From Solobacterium sp. (GTDB lineage Bacteria > Bacillota_I > Bacilli_A > Erysipelotrichales > Erysipelotrichaceae): 64,000 nucleotides of DNA. Shown piece after piece: positions 10,041-19,327 of the stretch. Numbering within the stretch: position 1 is the first letter of the stretch; every line of letters starts with the position of its first letter. The stretch lies in contig JAILLA010000074.1 of assembly GCA_024693325.1 (NCBI GenBank), positions 2,480-66,479 on the forward strand, read 5' to 3'. The translations under genes were made by a program, and so were the position numbers. Below the pieces are notes generated by a model. The model worked only from the letters and a program-made list of their open reading frames with translations. It had not been told where the DNA came from and searched no databases.

Positions 10041-10994
10041 ATGCAGAAAAAACATAATGTGTTTCTGGACAACAATCTGCTGATCGAGCATGCGATCTCC
10101 AGGTTTTATACAAAGAGAAGCAGGGAGAACGTACTTGTGATCCTTGATGCGATCCGCCACAGGATCCATGAAGACGGGCACCTGATCTTTCCTGTCTGGA
10201 AAGATGAAGAACATGAGAACAGATTTGCTTTCCGCAGTATACAGACAAAAGACGGAAAGGCCTGGAATGCTGCATTTACATCGAAAGCAGAGTTCGAAAA
10301 AGGTGATCCAAGTGATAATGTGTCGTTTCCCATCGACAGGGCTTTGCGGTTATGTCTGGAAACCGATGCAGATGGATTCGTCATCAATCCATGGGGACAG
10401 TCGTTTATGCTGTCAAGAGAACTGATCGAAATGATCCTCAAGGAAGATGGAGAAGAATACCATATTCCGGATGACCCGATCACTCCGGAACTTCTGGAAG
10501 ACGGAAGTTTCCTGAAGCGTGCGATCAGTATCTGCAATAGAAACCGTACACAAATAAACCTGATCAAGCTCTCCGGAATACTCAGAGACAGCTGGGTCTG
10601 GATACCATGCAATGCTGTTATGAGTGATGCTGATCAAGAAATGTGGGATAAAGCGGTCAAGGCTGCACAGGATGGGGAAGGATTAGACTCACTGATCGGT
10701 CAGGAGTTTACAAACAAAGATATGATCCGAATGATACCGGACATTCTTCAGAACGGTGATCAGTTCTTTTTTCCGGTATTTACTTCAGCAGAAGAAATGG
10801 GTGAATATGGAGAACATTTTTCTAAAATTGAGAAACACTTTCTGGAGGCAGTTAATCTCGCGGTAAATAATGAAAAGAATGTATCAGGCATCGTGATCAA
10901 CGCGTTCACTGAACCGTTTGTAATACCAAGGGAAATATTTGACATCATTGCCGGAATGAAGTCAAGCATCGAAGGAGAATCGGAAAATGAGTAA
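10041..10994 (+). CDS. SseB-like protein with two SseB-type repeats (tentative)
   Basis: Two segments, ...DGKAWNAAFTSKAEF...GFVINPWGQSFML... and ...FFFPVFTSAEEM...GIVINAFTEPFVI..., fit the SseB pattern. Confidence 0.5.
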   Translation: MQKKHNVFLDNNLLIEHAISRFYTKRSRENVLVILDAIRHRIHEDGHLIFPVWKDEEHENRFAFRSIQTKDGKAWNAAFTSKAEFEKGDPSDNVSFPIDRALRLCLETDADGFVINPWGQSFMLSRELIEMILKEDGEEYHIPDDPITPELLEDGSFLKRAISICNRNRTQINLIKLSGILRDSWVWIPCNAVMSDADQEMWDKAVKAAQDGEGLDSLIGQEFTNKDMIRMIPDILQNGDQFFFPVFTSAEEMGEYGEHFSKIEKHFLEAVNLAVNNEKNVSGIVINAFTEPFVIPREIFDIIAGMKSSIEGESENE

Positions 10995-11883
10995 AAAATA
11001 TACTAAAGCGTATATCAGAAACATTGCGGAAGATCTGGTTGAAGAACTCCGTGAATGTGAAGACGGAACAGTCACGAATACATGGGAACTGGCAAAACAA
11101 TCTGTATATGATGATCTTGAGAATGCAGATTTCTTTGAACTTCATAATGCTCTGATGCGTACAGCAAAAGCAAATAAGATCAGACTTGATATGTCAGAAC
11201 ATGAAAACAAAGCAGAAGGATTGCCTTATCACCTGACATTCACAGTACACAATCAGAAAGCTCAGATCAAATGCCCTCGCTGCGGCAGTACGGATACTGC
11301 CAGATATATCTATGGTTATCCTCTGTTCAATGAGAACATGGAGAAGAAACTGGATGAAGGAAAATGGAAACTTGGAGGATGCTGCATCAATGCTGCGGAA
11401 GTAAACGGTCAGACAGTTGATATCATGCCTTCGCGGCACTGTAATGCGTGCAATAAAGACTTTGGAACTCCTCCGATTCTGTTGACACCAAAGAAAGACC
11501 TGGCGGAAGACTACAGGGATATCGTGGAATCTATCGGGTTTTCGATAGGCGGATATATATATGGACATACTGACATTACAATCAAGAAGAATACGAATGG
11601 TGCCATTGTCAGTGTTGATAAATTTCCTGGTCTTCTCGAAATAACGGATGATTTACAGATCACACCGGAAAAATGGGTAAAAATCGTAGATACTCTGTAT
11701 GGCAAGTTGTTACTTCATGAATGGAAAAAAGATTATATAGATTATTCGGTATTGGATGGAACACAGTGGGAACTGGTTATCAATCTTACAAACAAAAGAA
11801 TCCGCCATTACCATGGCAGCAATGCATATCCTCCATATTGGAATGAACTGAAAAAGGTATTCAGACAATTTGCAAAACTGTAA
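10987..11883 (+). CDS. hypothetical protein with a central zinc ribbon
   Basis: Overlaps the upstream stop by 8 nt. Contains CPRCG...(x60)...CNACN. Confidence 0.6.
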   Translation: MSKKYTKAYIRNIAEDLVEELRECEDGTVTNTWELAKQSVYDDLENADFFELHNALMRTAKANKIRLDMSEHENKAEGLPYHLTFTVHNQKAQIKCPRCGSTDTARYIYGYPLFNENMEKKLDEGKWKLGGCCINAAEVNGQTVDIMPSRHCNACNKDFGTPPILLTPKKDLAEDYRDIVESIGFSIGGYIYGHTDITIKKNTNGAIVSVDKFPGLLEITDDLQITPEKWVKIVDTLYGKLLLHEWKKDYIDYSVLDGTQWELVINLTNKRIRHYHGSNAYPPYWNELKKVFRQFAKL

Positions 11884-11963
11884 TACAGATACGATTCACA
11901 TCATGCTGTATGACGAAAAACTGATGGAAAGGAAAAGCATATTTACCGGATAAGGAGACAAAT

Positions 11964-12314
11964 ATGGGTAAGACATGGAAACAGTATTCTGAAGAGCAGG
12001 GAATAGAACTGAATGATCAGTACTTTTTGATCTACTGCGGCAATAACGAAAAAACAAGTGAATGCATGAAACAGCTTCATTCACAATATGGTTTTAAAGG
12101 GATACCTGTTAGTGCCGGCAGCCTGCCGAGAGGGCCATGGTTCTATGCAAATATTAACACCAGATTTATGTTTGTAGGAACGATCGGTGTTAATATACTG
12201 TCAGGTCCTGTAGTAGGAAATCACGCATTAACCATGGATGATTTCCTTGAAATCCTGGACATATTTGAGAAATATAAGGGTTATGGTTTGCTGAAGTTTC
12301 CTGACCAGTTGTAA
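11964..12314 (+). CDS. hypothetical protein
   Basis: 116-aa ORF preceded by AAGGAGA. I recognise no family. Confidence 0.5.
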   Translation: MGKTWKQYSEEQGIELNDQYFLIYCGNNEKTSECMKQLHSQYGFKGIPVSAGSLPRGPWFYANINTRFMFVGTIGVNILSGPVVGNHALTMDDFLEILDIFEKYKGYGLLKFPDQL

Positions 12315-12485
12315 TTGTGTTTATGATTTGAGGTGAAAATACAATCAGTTAAAGTGCTATATAGTTGCTTTGATCGTAGAAAACATAGCAATGAGAACTA
12401 TGGCTCAAAAGATTAAATGTAAAATATTGCGCTGTAGTTGATATTTGATGTTTCCAGAATGAAACAAATAACGGAGGTGACAATT

Positions 12486-14078
12486 ATGCAGGTAAAACTT
12501 AATAATTCGACAGTAATTCTCCTGCTGCCAAAAGGTTATGAAAGAGTCAATAACGGAGCAGCACTCTACGAAGAAATGTATCACAGGCATAAGGCTGCGG
12601 ATGTAGAAATGTTTCAGAATCTTGCCGGTGAGTCTTATGGAAATATAGTGATTTCTCATATTGATCAAATAGATGCCATGACATTTGATAAAAATGCACT
12701 TATCAGTGAAATCCATGGCGTTTTGGCAGATAACCAGGGTTTGATTGAAGTCGAGACCGGAACCAATCCACGTGGTTTTGAGTATGTTTATTCTATTGTG
12801 AAAACGTATCATCAGGAACAGCTGAATACAAATTACTGCATAAGAATGAATATCAGAAATAACGACGAACTTATAGAAGTGAATGCCAGCTTTTTTGAGA
12901 CCCGCATGACCGGAGTCAGATCTTCAGTTGGCCTAATGCTTGCGGTGAAAGCTGGTTTTGAAACCGAAGAAGGAAGTTCACTCCAAATCAAAGGATGGGC
13001 TGCAGATCCGTATGATCCGACGTATACAAAGGGATGTTTAATGTTGATGAGTGAAAGACCCGGACTTGATGGAATGTTTCCCGGAGATCCTCTTTCACAA
13101 GCCAGAGAACTGCTTCTGGCCCTTACAGCAGATTCATACTACAAAACAAAAGATGAAATTGATGCTGAGAATAAAGAAAGGGTACATGAGAGGAGGCTAA
13201 GAAGGCGAAATACACAGCACGAGAACGCCGTGGGTGAGAACAACAATGGACAGGAAATTGTACGGCAATTGTTTAGTGATGATGTGGTACGTAATGGAGC
13301 TTATAAGGTTGATGTTGTGGAGGAGACCCCGAGCGAAACAAAGCCTACGAGATTCCAATTAGATCCAGCATCACTTGTGAAAGCAACTGCAAGCGCAGTT
13401 GAAGGGGTTAAATCAACTGTAACCAACACAGCAGCAGAGTTTAATAAAGTCAAAACACCTTATGAGATTCCCGAGGATTTCCGCAACAGGCTTAATAAAC
13501 CCATCCCTAAAAAACTGCCGGGCTGGGGAAAACGCGATTATATTGGTTATGGAAAAGGTACCCCCTTAGCTAGCTGCATATGTTTGGGATTTCCTGTTAC
13601 AGATTCAGAATCTCTTCCATTAGGTAATACGAACCAGTTAATTGAAATGTGCCGGGGAATGGATGATCATCAGGGAATTATTTCAGTCAAAGGCGGCATA
13701 ACTCCCAAAGGGAGCAGATATGCGTATGTAATTAGAAAAATGCAGGCAGTTGATGATGAGGGTGAAGTGCAAACACCGATTCATTATGAACTGGGCTTTA
13801 ATATTCGAATCAACGGCAAAATTCACTTTATTGATGGCTCTTTCCGGGATAAAAATGGAATTCCCGGCAGCAGAGCTGACACACTGAATATTATGGCTCT
13901 TGGCAACAGCGAGTTGAAACTTATAACTGAACAATGGCAGAGAGATCCTTATTATCCTGATCGAAAGAGTGGTCTTCTGATGGATTGGTCAGAAGATGAA
14001 CGATTTGACAGTCTCTTCCCTTACAGTTCACTCAGTGAGATGCGTCGGTTTGTAAAATACATCATTGAGAACAACTGA
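12486..14078 (+). CDS. hypothetical protein built from two copies of an unrecognised ~220-aa domain joined by a charged linker
   Basis: GGAGGTG lies 6 nt before the ATG at 12486. Both halves end in a W..DPY.P...G.LM..SE...D..FP motif. Confidence 0.6.
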   Translation: MQVKLNNSTVILLLPKGYERVNNGAALYEEMYHRHKAADVEMFQNLAGESYGNIVISHIDQIDAMTFDKNALISEIHGVLADNQGLIEVETGTNPRGFEYVYSIVKTYHQEQLNTNYCIRMNIRNNDELIEVNASFFETRMTGVRSSVGLMLAVKAGFETEEGSSLQIKGWAADPYDPTYTKGCLMLMSERPGLDGMFPGDPLSQARELLLALTADSYYKTKDEIDAENKERVHERRLRRRNTQHENAVGENNNGQEIVRQLFSDDVVRNGAYKVDVVEETPSETKPTRFQLDPASLVKATASAVEGVKSTVTNTAAEFNKVKTPYEIPEDFRNRLNKPIPKKLPGWGKRDYIGYGKGTPLASCICLGFPVTDSESLPLGNTNQLIEMCRGMDDHQGIISVKGGITPKGSRYAYVIRKMQAVDDEGEVQTPIHYELGFNIRINGKIHFIDGSFRDKNGIPGSRADTLNIMALGNSELKLITEQWQRDPYYPDRKSGLLMDWSEDERFDSLFPYSSLSEMRRFVKYIIENN

Positions 14079-14126
14079 CTAACCACCGCTGAATTTTCAA
14101 AAAACCAACATTCTTGAACTGTGAAT

Positions 14127-14465
14127 CGAGTTATAGCGAGCTATAGGAGATTTCCTAACCTGTCTTGAACATAACGTGATTTATCATGTGTCATCTGATT
14201 ATTGTTGAACACTATTTGAAAAGAATGAATATCGAGCTATAGGAATTATTAATGGACAACACAGTATTCTGTTTTATAGTTGCTCGAACTAAAATGAGTA
14301 TAGGGAACGTGATCAGTTCATTTACAGTAATAAGTTGGCAATGGTGAGGTTCATATATAATGACTTGGATGTAACTGAAATTCTCGATCAGTTTCTTGCT
14401 ACTACAATTGCCAATATTGAAGATGATAAAGCCGAAAAAAAAATGAAATCTTCGATATAGGGATT
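14127..14465. repeat. five copies of a CGAG(C/T)TATAGG(G)A-type motif in a 446-bp intergenic region
   Basis: CGAGTTATAG at 14127. The exact 12-mer CGAGCTATAGGA occurs at 14137 and 14233. GAGTATAGGGA is at 14296 and CGATATAGGGA at 14453. Confidence 0.6.
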
Positions 14466-14524
14466 AATATGTGGATAAATGGTCAAAGTGATCACATACA
14501 AATGTTTAATGGGGGTGAAAGAAA

Positions 14525-15919
14525 ATGATTGGTGCTATAATTGGCGATATTGCTGGTTCACGTTTTGAGAGAGCCAACCACAAATCAAAGGAATTTGAAT
14601 TGTTTGACAAAAAGTGTCGTCTTACTGATGACAGTATAATGTCACTTGCTATAGCAAATGCCATTCTCGGATGCGAAGGAAATTTTGAAAACTTATCTTT
14701 GAAAGCTATAGAAAATATGCAGGCTCTCGGAAGAAAATATAAAAATGCAGGATTTGGAAGTAAATTTAACAAATGGATATTTGCGGATGATCCTCAGCCC
14801 TATAACAGTTTTGGAAACGGATCTGCAATGCGTGTTGGTCCCTGTGGGTATGCAGCAAGTTCTGTGGATGAAGTAAAAGAGCTTTCTGCAATGGTTACTC
14901 AGGTTAGTCATAATCACCCTGAGGGAATGAAGGGGGCAGAAGCGATTGCGGTTGCAGTATATCTTGCGAAGAACGGATTAAACAAAGAATTAATTAAGAC
15001 TTATATACGAATGAATTATTATGAAATCGACTTTACGCTTGATCAGATTCGCAAGAAGTATAAGTTTGATGCAACTTGTCAAGGTTCTGTACCAGTGGCT
15101 TTAGAAGCCTTTTATGAATCATCGGATTTTGAAGATGCCATCAGAGGGGCAATTTCTGTAGGGGGCGATAGTGATACTATAGCAGCAATGACCGGAGTTA
15201 TTGCTGAAGCCTACTACGGTATACCTGAAGGAATAATATCTTCAGCCATTGAATATTTGGATAGCGAGCAGATGGAGATCCTCTATTACTTTGAAAAAGA
15301 ATATCCTTCAAAAGCCTTGGATGAAAATGGTGAGGTGACAAGAACTGTATTTGAAGTTCTTGACGATGCAGTAGATAAGGTGATTCCTTTAGGGACAACT
15401 TTGGAAACAGATGGGAATACTTCAAGTTCTGTTATTATCGAATGGAATGACAAGGATAAATTGGTACCGGATTTCAGTTCATTTGATAAAGAGGAAAAAG
15501 GCGAAAATGCTCGTGGTTTATTATCGGTGGCTTCCATCGGAATTCAAAAAACCGCAAAAAAGGCTGGTAAAGGCATATTGTCAACGACAAAGTCTGTAAA
15601 AGTAACATTAGATCAAGTGAAAGATATGATTACTGCAAAGACGGAAAACTGCTACGCACTTACAATGGAAAACTCTGAAAACACAGAAATCCTTATGGTT
15701 GCTCTAAACACTCTAAAACAGGCTGGATATGATGCAAGATGTGAAGTGTTGAATGGCAACATGTGTGGTTATGTCTTCATGAAAGGGGAGAATTACGACA
15801 AGGCAGCAGAACTGATTGAATCATTAAGCGGTATTACCATTGCAATAAACCCAGTTGACAAGTTTGAGGCAGATAAAATCAAAAAACGTACTTCAGGAGG
15901 TGTCGCTGATGCCATATAA
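14525..15919 (+). CDS. ADP-ribosylglycohydrolase (ARH/DraG family) with a ~190-aa C-terminal extension of unknown type
   Basis: GAIIGDIAGSRFE, LTDDSIM, GNGSAMRVGP and GGDSDTIAAMTG are classic ARH metal-site motifs. The protein is 464 aa, longer than a typical ARH as I recall it. Confidence 0.85.
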   Translation: MIGAIIGDIAGSRFERANHKSKEFELFDKKCRLTDDSIMSLAIANAILGCEGNFENLSLKAIENMQALGRKYKNAGFGSKFNKWIFADDPQPYNSFGNGSAMRVGPCGYAASSVDEVKELSAMVTQVSHNHPEGMKGAEAIAVAVYLAKNGLNKELIKTYIRMNYYEIDFTLDQIRKKYKFDATCQGSVPVALEAFYESSDFEDAIRGAISVGGDSDTIAAMTGVIAEAYYGIPEGIISSAIEYLDSEQMEILYYFEKEYPSKALDENGEVTRTVFEVLDDAVDKVIPLGTTLETDGNTSSSVIIEWNDKDKLVPDFSSFDKEEKGENARGLLSVASIGIQKTAKKAGKGILSTTKSVKVTLDQVKDMITAKTENCYALTMENSENTEILMVALNTLKQAGYDARCEVLNGNMCGYVFMKGENYDKAAELIESLSGITIAINPVDKFEADKIKKRTSGGVADAI

Positions 15920-16916
15920 AATAGGTTCATTCAACGTTAGAAATTTATCCTTTGGAGCAGGTGCGAGCCGTGATTTGGATATGATTGCAGAAATCATAAA
16001 AGAGTTTGATATTATTGCTCTTCAAGAGGTGCTAAGCGAAGGGAAAATACTACAAGGGATTACAGTGAATGATGTTTCTGGCCAAGCTAAAGCGTATGAA
16101 TACTCATTGAAAAGCCGTCTAGGAAGTAATTGGGATATGTGCTGGCTTGATCCTAGTACAGACAGCAAGTGGTATCCGTACCTCGGTGAGGATTCCAGAG
16201 GTGAAGGGTATGCATTCTTATGGAGAACAGATAAATTTAAATGTCCCTTAAATGCTTCTGGTAAAGCAATAAGGCCAAGAATATATCGTCAGTATAGAAC
16301 TGATCCATCAAGGGGTGAAATGAAACTAAAAAGGGATCCGGGTTATGGGAGGTTTCAACTGATAGACATGCCAAATACTGAAATCCGGCTTATTACAACG
16401 CATATTGTATACAATAAGCCAAGCAAAGAAAATTTGACTAAGGAAATCGACTTTGGGGCTTATATGATGCGATTAAATGAGTTTTATGTCTTGGCACGGA
16501 ACATCTACACTTCGATTAGTGATGACCACAATGATTTTAATTGTGTTGTACCATATACGATCATACTTGGAGATTATAATCTCAATTTGCCGGAAAGTGG
16601 CGCAGGTTCACCTTATGTTCCTTCAGTTGTGGTAGTAGATTCTCAAAAAAGAATATTGGGAACGACAAGTGTGTATACAGACAATGGATTATATGTGATT
16701 CGTACAAAGCAGACAGATCTTTCAACAATTAACAAAGAAGCAAATGATTACTCAAGCAATTATGATCATTTCACATTTGATGATCGAACTGGTAGCTGTG
16801 TTGTACAGGGGTTACCTCACAGACTTAATGTTGTAGACAAGACTGGGAATCACAGAACTTATAAGGATAAAGTATCTGATCATCTACCGGTTATGTTAGA
16901 AATTGATCTTAAATAG
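15909..16916 (+). CDS. endonuclease/exonuclease/phosphatase (EEP, DNase-I-like) family protein with no signal peptide
   Basis: MPYKIGSFNVRNL...DIIALQEV...GDYNLN...SDHLPVMLEIDL. The start overlaps the ARH stop by 11 nt. Confidence 0.8.
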   Translation: MPYKIGSFNVRNLSFGAGASRDLDMIAEIIKEFDIIALQEVLSEGKILQGITVNDVSGQAKAYEYSLKSRLGSNWDMCWLDPSTDSKWYPYLGEDSRGEGYAFLWRTDKFKCPLNASGKAIRPRIYRQYRTDPSRGEMKLKRDPGYGRFQLIDMPNTEIRLITTHIVYNKPSKENLTKEIDFGAYMMRLNEFYVLARNIYTSISDDHNDFNCVVPYTIILGDYNLNLPESGAGSPYVPSVVVVDSQKRILGTTSVYTDNGLYVIRTKQTDLSTINKEANDYSSNYDHFTFDDRTGSCVVQGLPHRLNVVDKTGNHRTYKDKVSDHLPVMLEIDLK

Positions 16917-16927
16917 GGGGCAATACT

Positions 16928-19225
16928 ATGAACGATAATACGTATGAGATTAAGGATCAACTGAAAGCAGCATATGCTTTGAATATGTGTACTGTATCGG
17001 TTTCTCAGATTGTTGACTACAATGATGAGTATATTCTTGATCAAGAATATGATGCAATATTGAATAATCTTAACCTGGAACAGATTCCTAAAGACGAAGC
17101 ACTTCTAAATATTCTTGTTAAGCTGTTAAATGTAATAACGTTCTTTAGAATCGATAAAGCAAAACGAGAACAGATTGAAAAGAAATACCAACGTCGGGTT
17201 AAGAATGCTATTTGGTCAGCTGTTCCCAACATTGGAGTAATCGTAGCTGGAAATCCTGTTACTGTAGGGCTATCACTTGCTACACAGGTTGGGATTGGCT
17301 ACATGAACTATCGCAGAGAGAAAGCTGCGGCTATAGCGGATAAAGAAGATTCAGAAGTCGAGCTTCGAATAACTGCAAGAGAGCAGCTGAATGCATTGCG
17401 TCGAGAACTGTTTACAACTGCCTGGAGACTGGCGGATGAGTATAATTTTCCGGATAGATACAGACTGACTGAACGGCAGATAACTCAGTATAATGAAATA
17501 CTTATGGATGTCGATGAGATTCGTAAATATGAACGTTTAATGGCTGTAAAGGATAAGTTTGAGGCATACCTTCCGTTTTGGTATTTTGCCGGTCATTCAG
17601 CGAAATTCATTTCTGAAGACAGAAATAACGGGCTAGATCAAGACGACAGGGACTACTTCAGAAGGCAGGCACTGGAACACTTTGAAAAATATGAGAATCT
17701 GAACTCATTCAACATTCTCAGGGAGGATTCGCTGACAGCTTCATTTGCGCTTGAATATGTAGATCTGCTTCTGCTGGATCAGAAGCCTGACGTTGAGAAA
17801 ATCACAAAGTTGATCAGGACTGCTGTTGAGATGGCTGGGAATGCGAATGACATTCTTGAACTTTGCGCTATTTCTTATCTAAAGATGGGCAATAGTAATG
17901 AAGCTGCGAAACTGCTGAGAATATTGGTAAACGAAGATTATAATACTGCTACAAATGCAAAATTGTTAAGTCGGATTTATGTCAGCGAGTACTTAACTGG
18001 ATCCAGTTATAGCCCTCGTGCTCAATATAAATTACTAGCGTCAAGAGTCTCTCCGGCTTGGCTGTTTCCAATGCCGGAAAAGAAAGCTGATAATCTTATG
18101 CTTCAAGATGCTGAATTGCAGGAAAAGTATCTTTCTGATCAGCGACAGGATCTTCAAAAAGAATATAATGATGTAACCAAACAGTTTATAGAGAAAAATA
18201 TAATTCGTTTTAATCGGATTATCCCTGTTCCGGTTCGAGATGCAACGGATGATTACTTCTTGAATACAGACACTGCGGTAAAGCGCAGACGCCAGGATAT
18301 ATATAATGCACTGGAAAGCGACAAGGGGAATGAGTACCGGAAAACTATTCAAGAATCAGGGTTTCGTTTTAGATATGTTGAATTGATTAATGAAATGCTG
18401 ATTGCGCTTGATGGGTTACGATTGTTCCGTGATAATGCGGAGAAAGATGATATGGTTCAGAAGATCCGCAACAATCTTGCGGCGGCAAGTGGAGATTTAA
18501 AAGTGATTCAGGAAAAACTGAACCAAGATGACGCTTTTTCCATTATGGACTATGAAAAGATCCAAAAAAGTTTTTCGTTCCAGAAGTTAACTGCGGAGTT
18601 TTTTGAGAAACTCCGGGTGATCTTTGATGACGGAATTGAAGCGGCTGAATCATTAGATGCACTTGATGATTTGGAAATTGATATCGTTCAGTTCTGTAGA
18701 ACACAGGGTATTGTTGAGCAACCTCAAGGTACAAAAGGAAAGCTTGAACAGCCTGAAGAGGAAAATGATTATATTTCTTTGGACATTCTTGGCACCGATG
18801 AACATGATGAGAGCTTTAGCAAAGTCGTGTTCAATAAGATGTTGAGTGTAGTAAAAGAGGCCTCTAATAATATCGTTATTGATAAAACAAAAGTTGATTT
18901 TATTGTCCGTGGAGATCAGAAATTTGAGTTATACTTCAAAAATGTTAAACTCAAGGGCGAAGCGTTTAAAACAAAAACTCTGGCAGTGCTTGATGATCAT
19001 ACTTCGGCGGATTCTGATCTGTTTATTACATGTGACGGAGTTGTTCCAGTAAAGCACAGTAAAGTTGATAGTTTACGTGATTTTAGCAAAATTGAGTACC
19101 AGGGAAAGAGCATAAAATTCGGTTGGCCTCAAGAATATTCGAACCGTGCTGTTGATATAGGTCGCCTTTATGAATTGTTAGAAAAATTAAAATCTATTAA
19201 GGACGAGACTAAAAAGAAACAGTAG
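16928..19225 (+). CDS. large hypothetical protein (765 aa): Gly-rich hydrophobic segment, helical/TPR-like middle, beta-rich C-terminus
   Basis: Starts 11 nt after the EEP stop. Hydrophobic segment is AVPNIGVIVAGNPVTVGLSLATQVGIGY. I recognise no family. Confidence 0.65.
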   Translation: MNDNTYEIKDQLKAAYALNMCTVSVSQIVDYNDEYILDQEYDAILNNLNLEQIPKDEALLNILVKLLNVITFFRIDKAKREQIEKKYQRRVKNAIWSAVPNIGVIVAGNPVTVGLSLATQVGIGYMNYRREKAAAIADKEDSEVELRITAREQLNALRRELFTTAWRLADEYNFPDRYRLTERQITQYNEILMDVDEIRKYERLMAVKDKFEAYLPFWYFAGHSAKFISEDRNNGLDQDDRDYFRRQALEHFEKYENLNSFNILREDSLTASFALEYVDLLLLDQKPDVEKITKLIRTAVEMAGNANDILELCAISYLKMGNSNEAAKLLRILVNEDYNTATNAKLLSRIYVSEYLTGSSYSPRAQYKLLASRVSPAWLFPMPEKKADNLMLQDAELQEKYLSDQRQDLQKEYNDVTKQFIEKNIIRFNRIIPVPVRDATDDYFLNTDTAVKRRRQDIYNALESDKGNEYRKTIQESGFRFRYVELINEMLIALDGLRLFRDNAEKDDMVQKIRNNLAAASGDLKVIQEKLNQDDAFSIMDYEKIQKSFSFQKLTAEFFEKLRVIFDDGIEAAESLDALDDLEIDIVQFCRTQGIVEQPQGTKGKLEQPEEENDYISLDILGTDEHDESFSKVVFNKMLSVVKEASNNIVIDKTKVDFIVRGDQKFELYFKNVKLKGEAFKTKTLAVLDDHTSADSDLFITCDGVVPVKHSKVDSLRDFSKIEYQGKSIKFGWPQEYSNRAVDIGRLYELLEKLKSIKDETKKKQ

Positions 19226-19327
19226 GAGGCATTATTATTTTCAACTAAGTCTTTGAAAAGAGCGCTGCAGAAAAATCAACTGCTTTGATGATACAAAGTC
19301 ATAAAAATGCGAAAAGGCAGGTAAATT

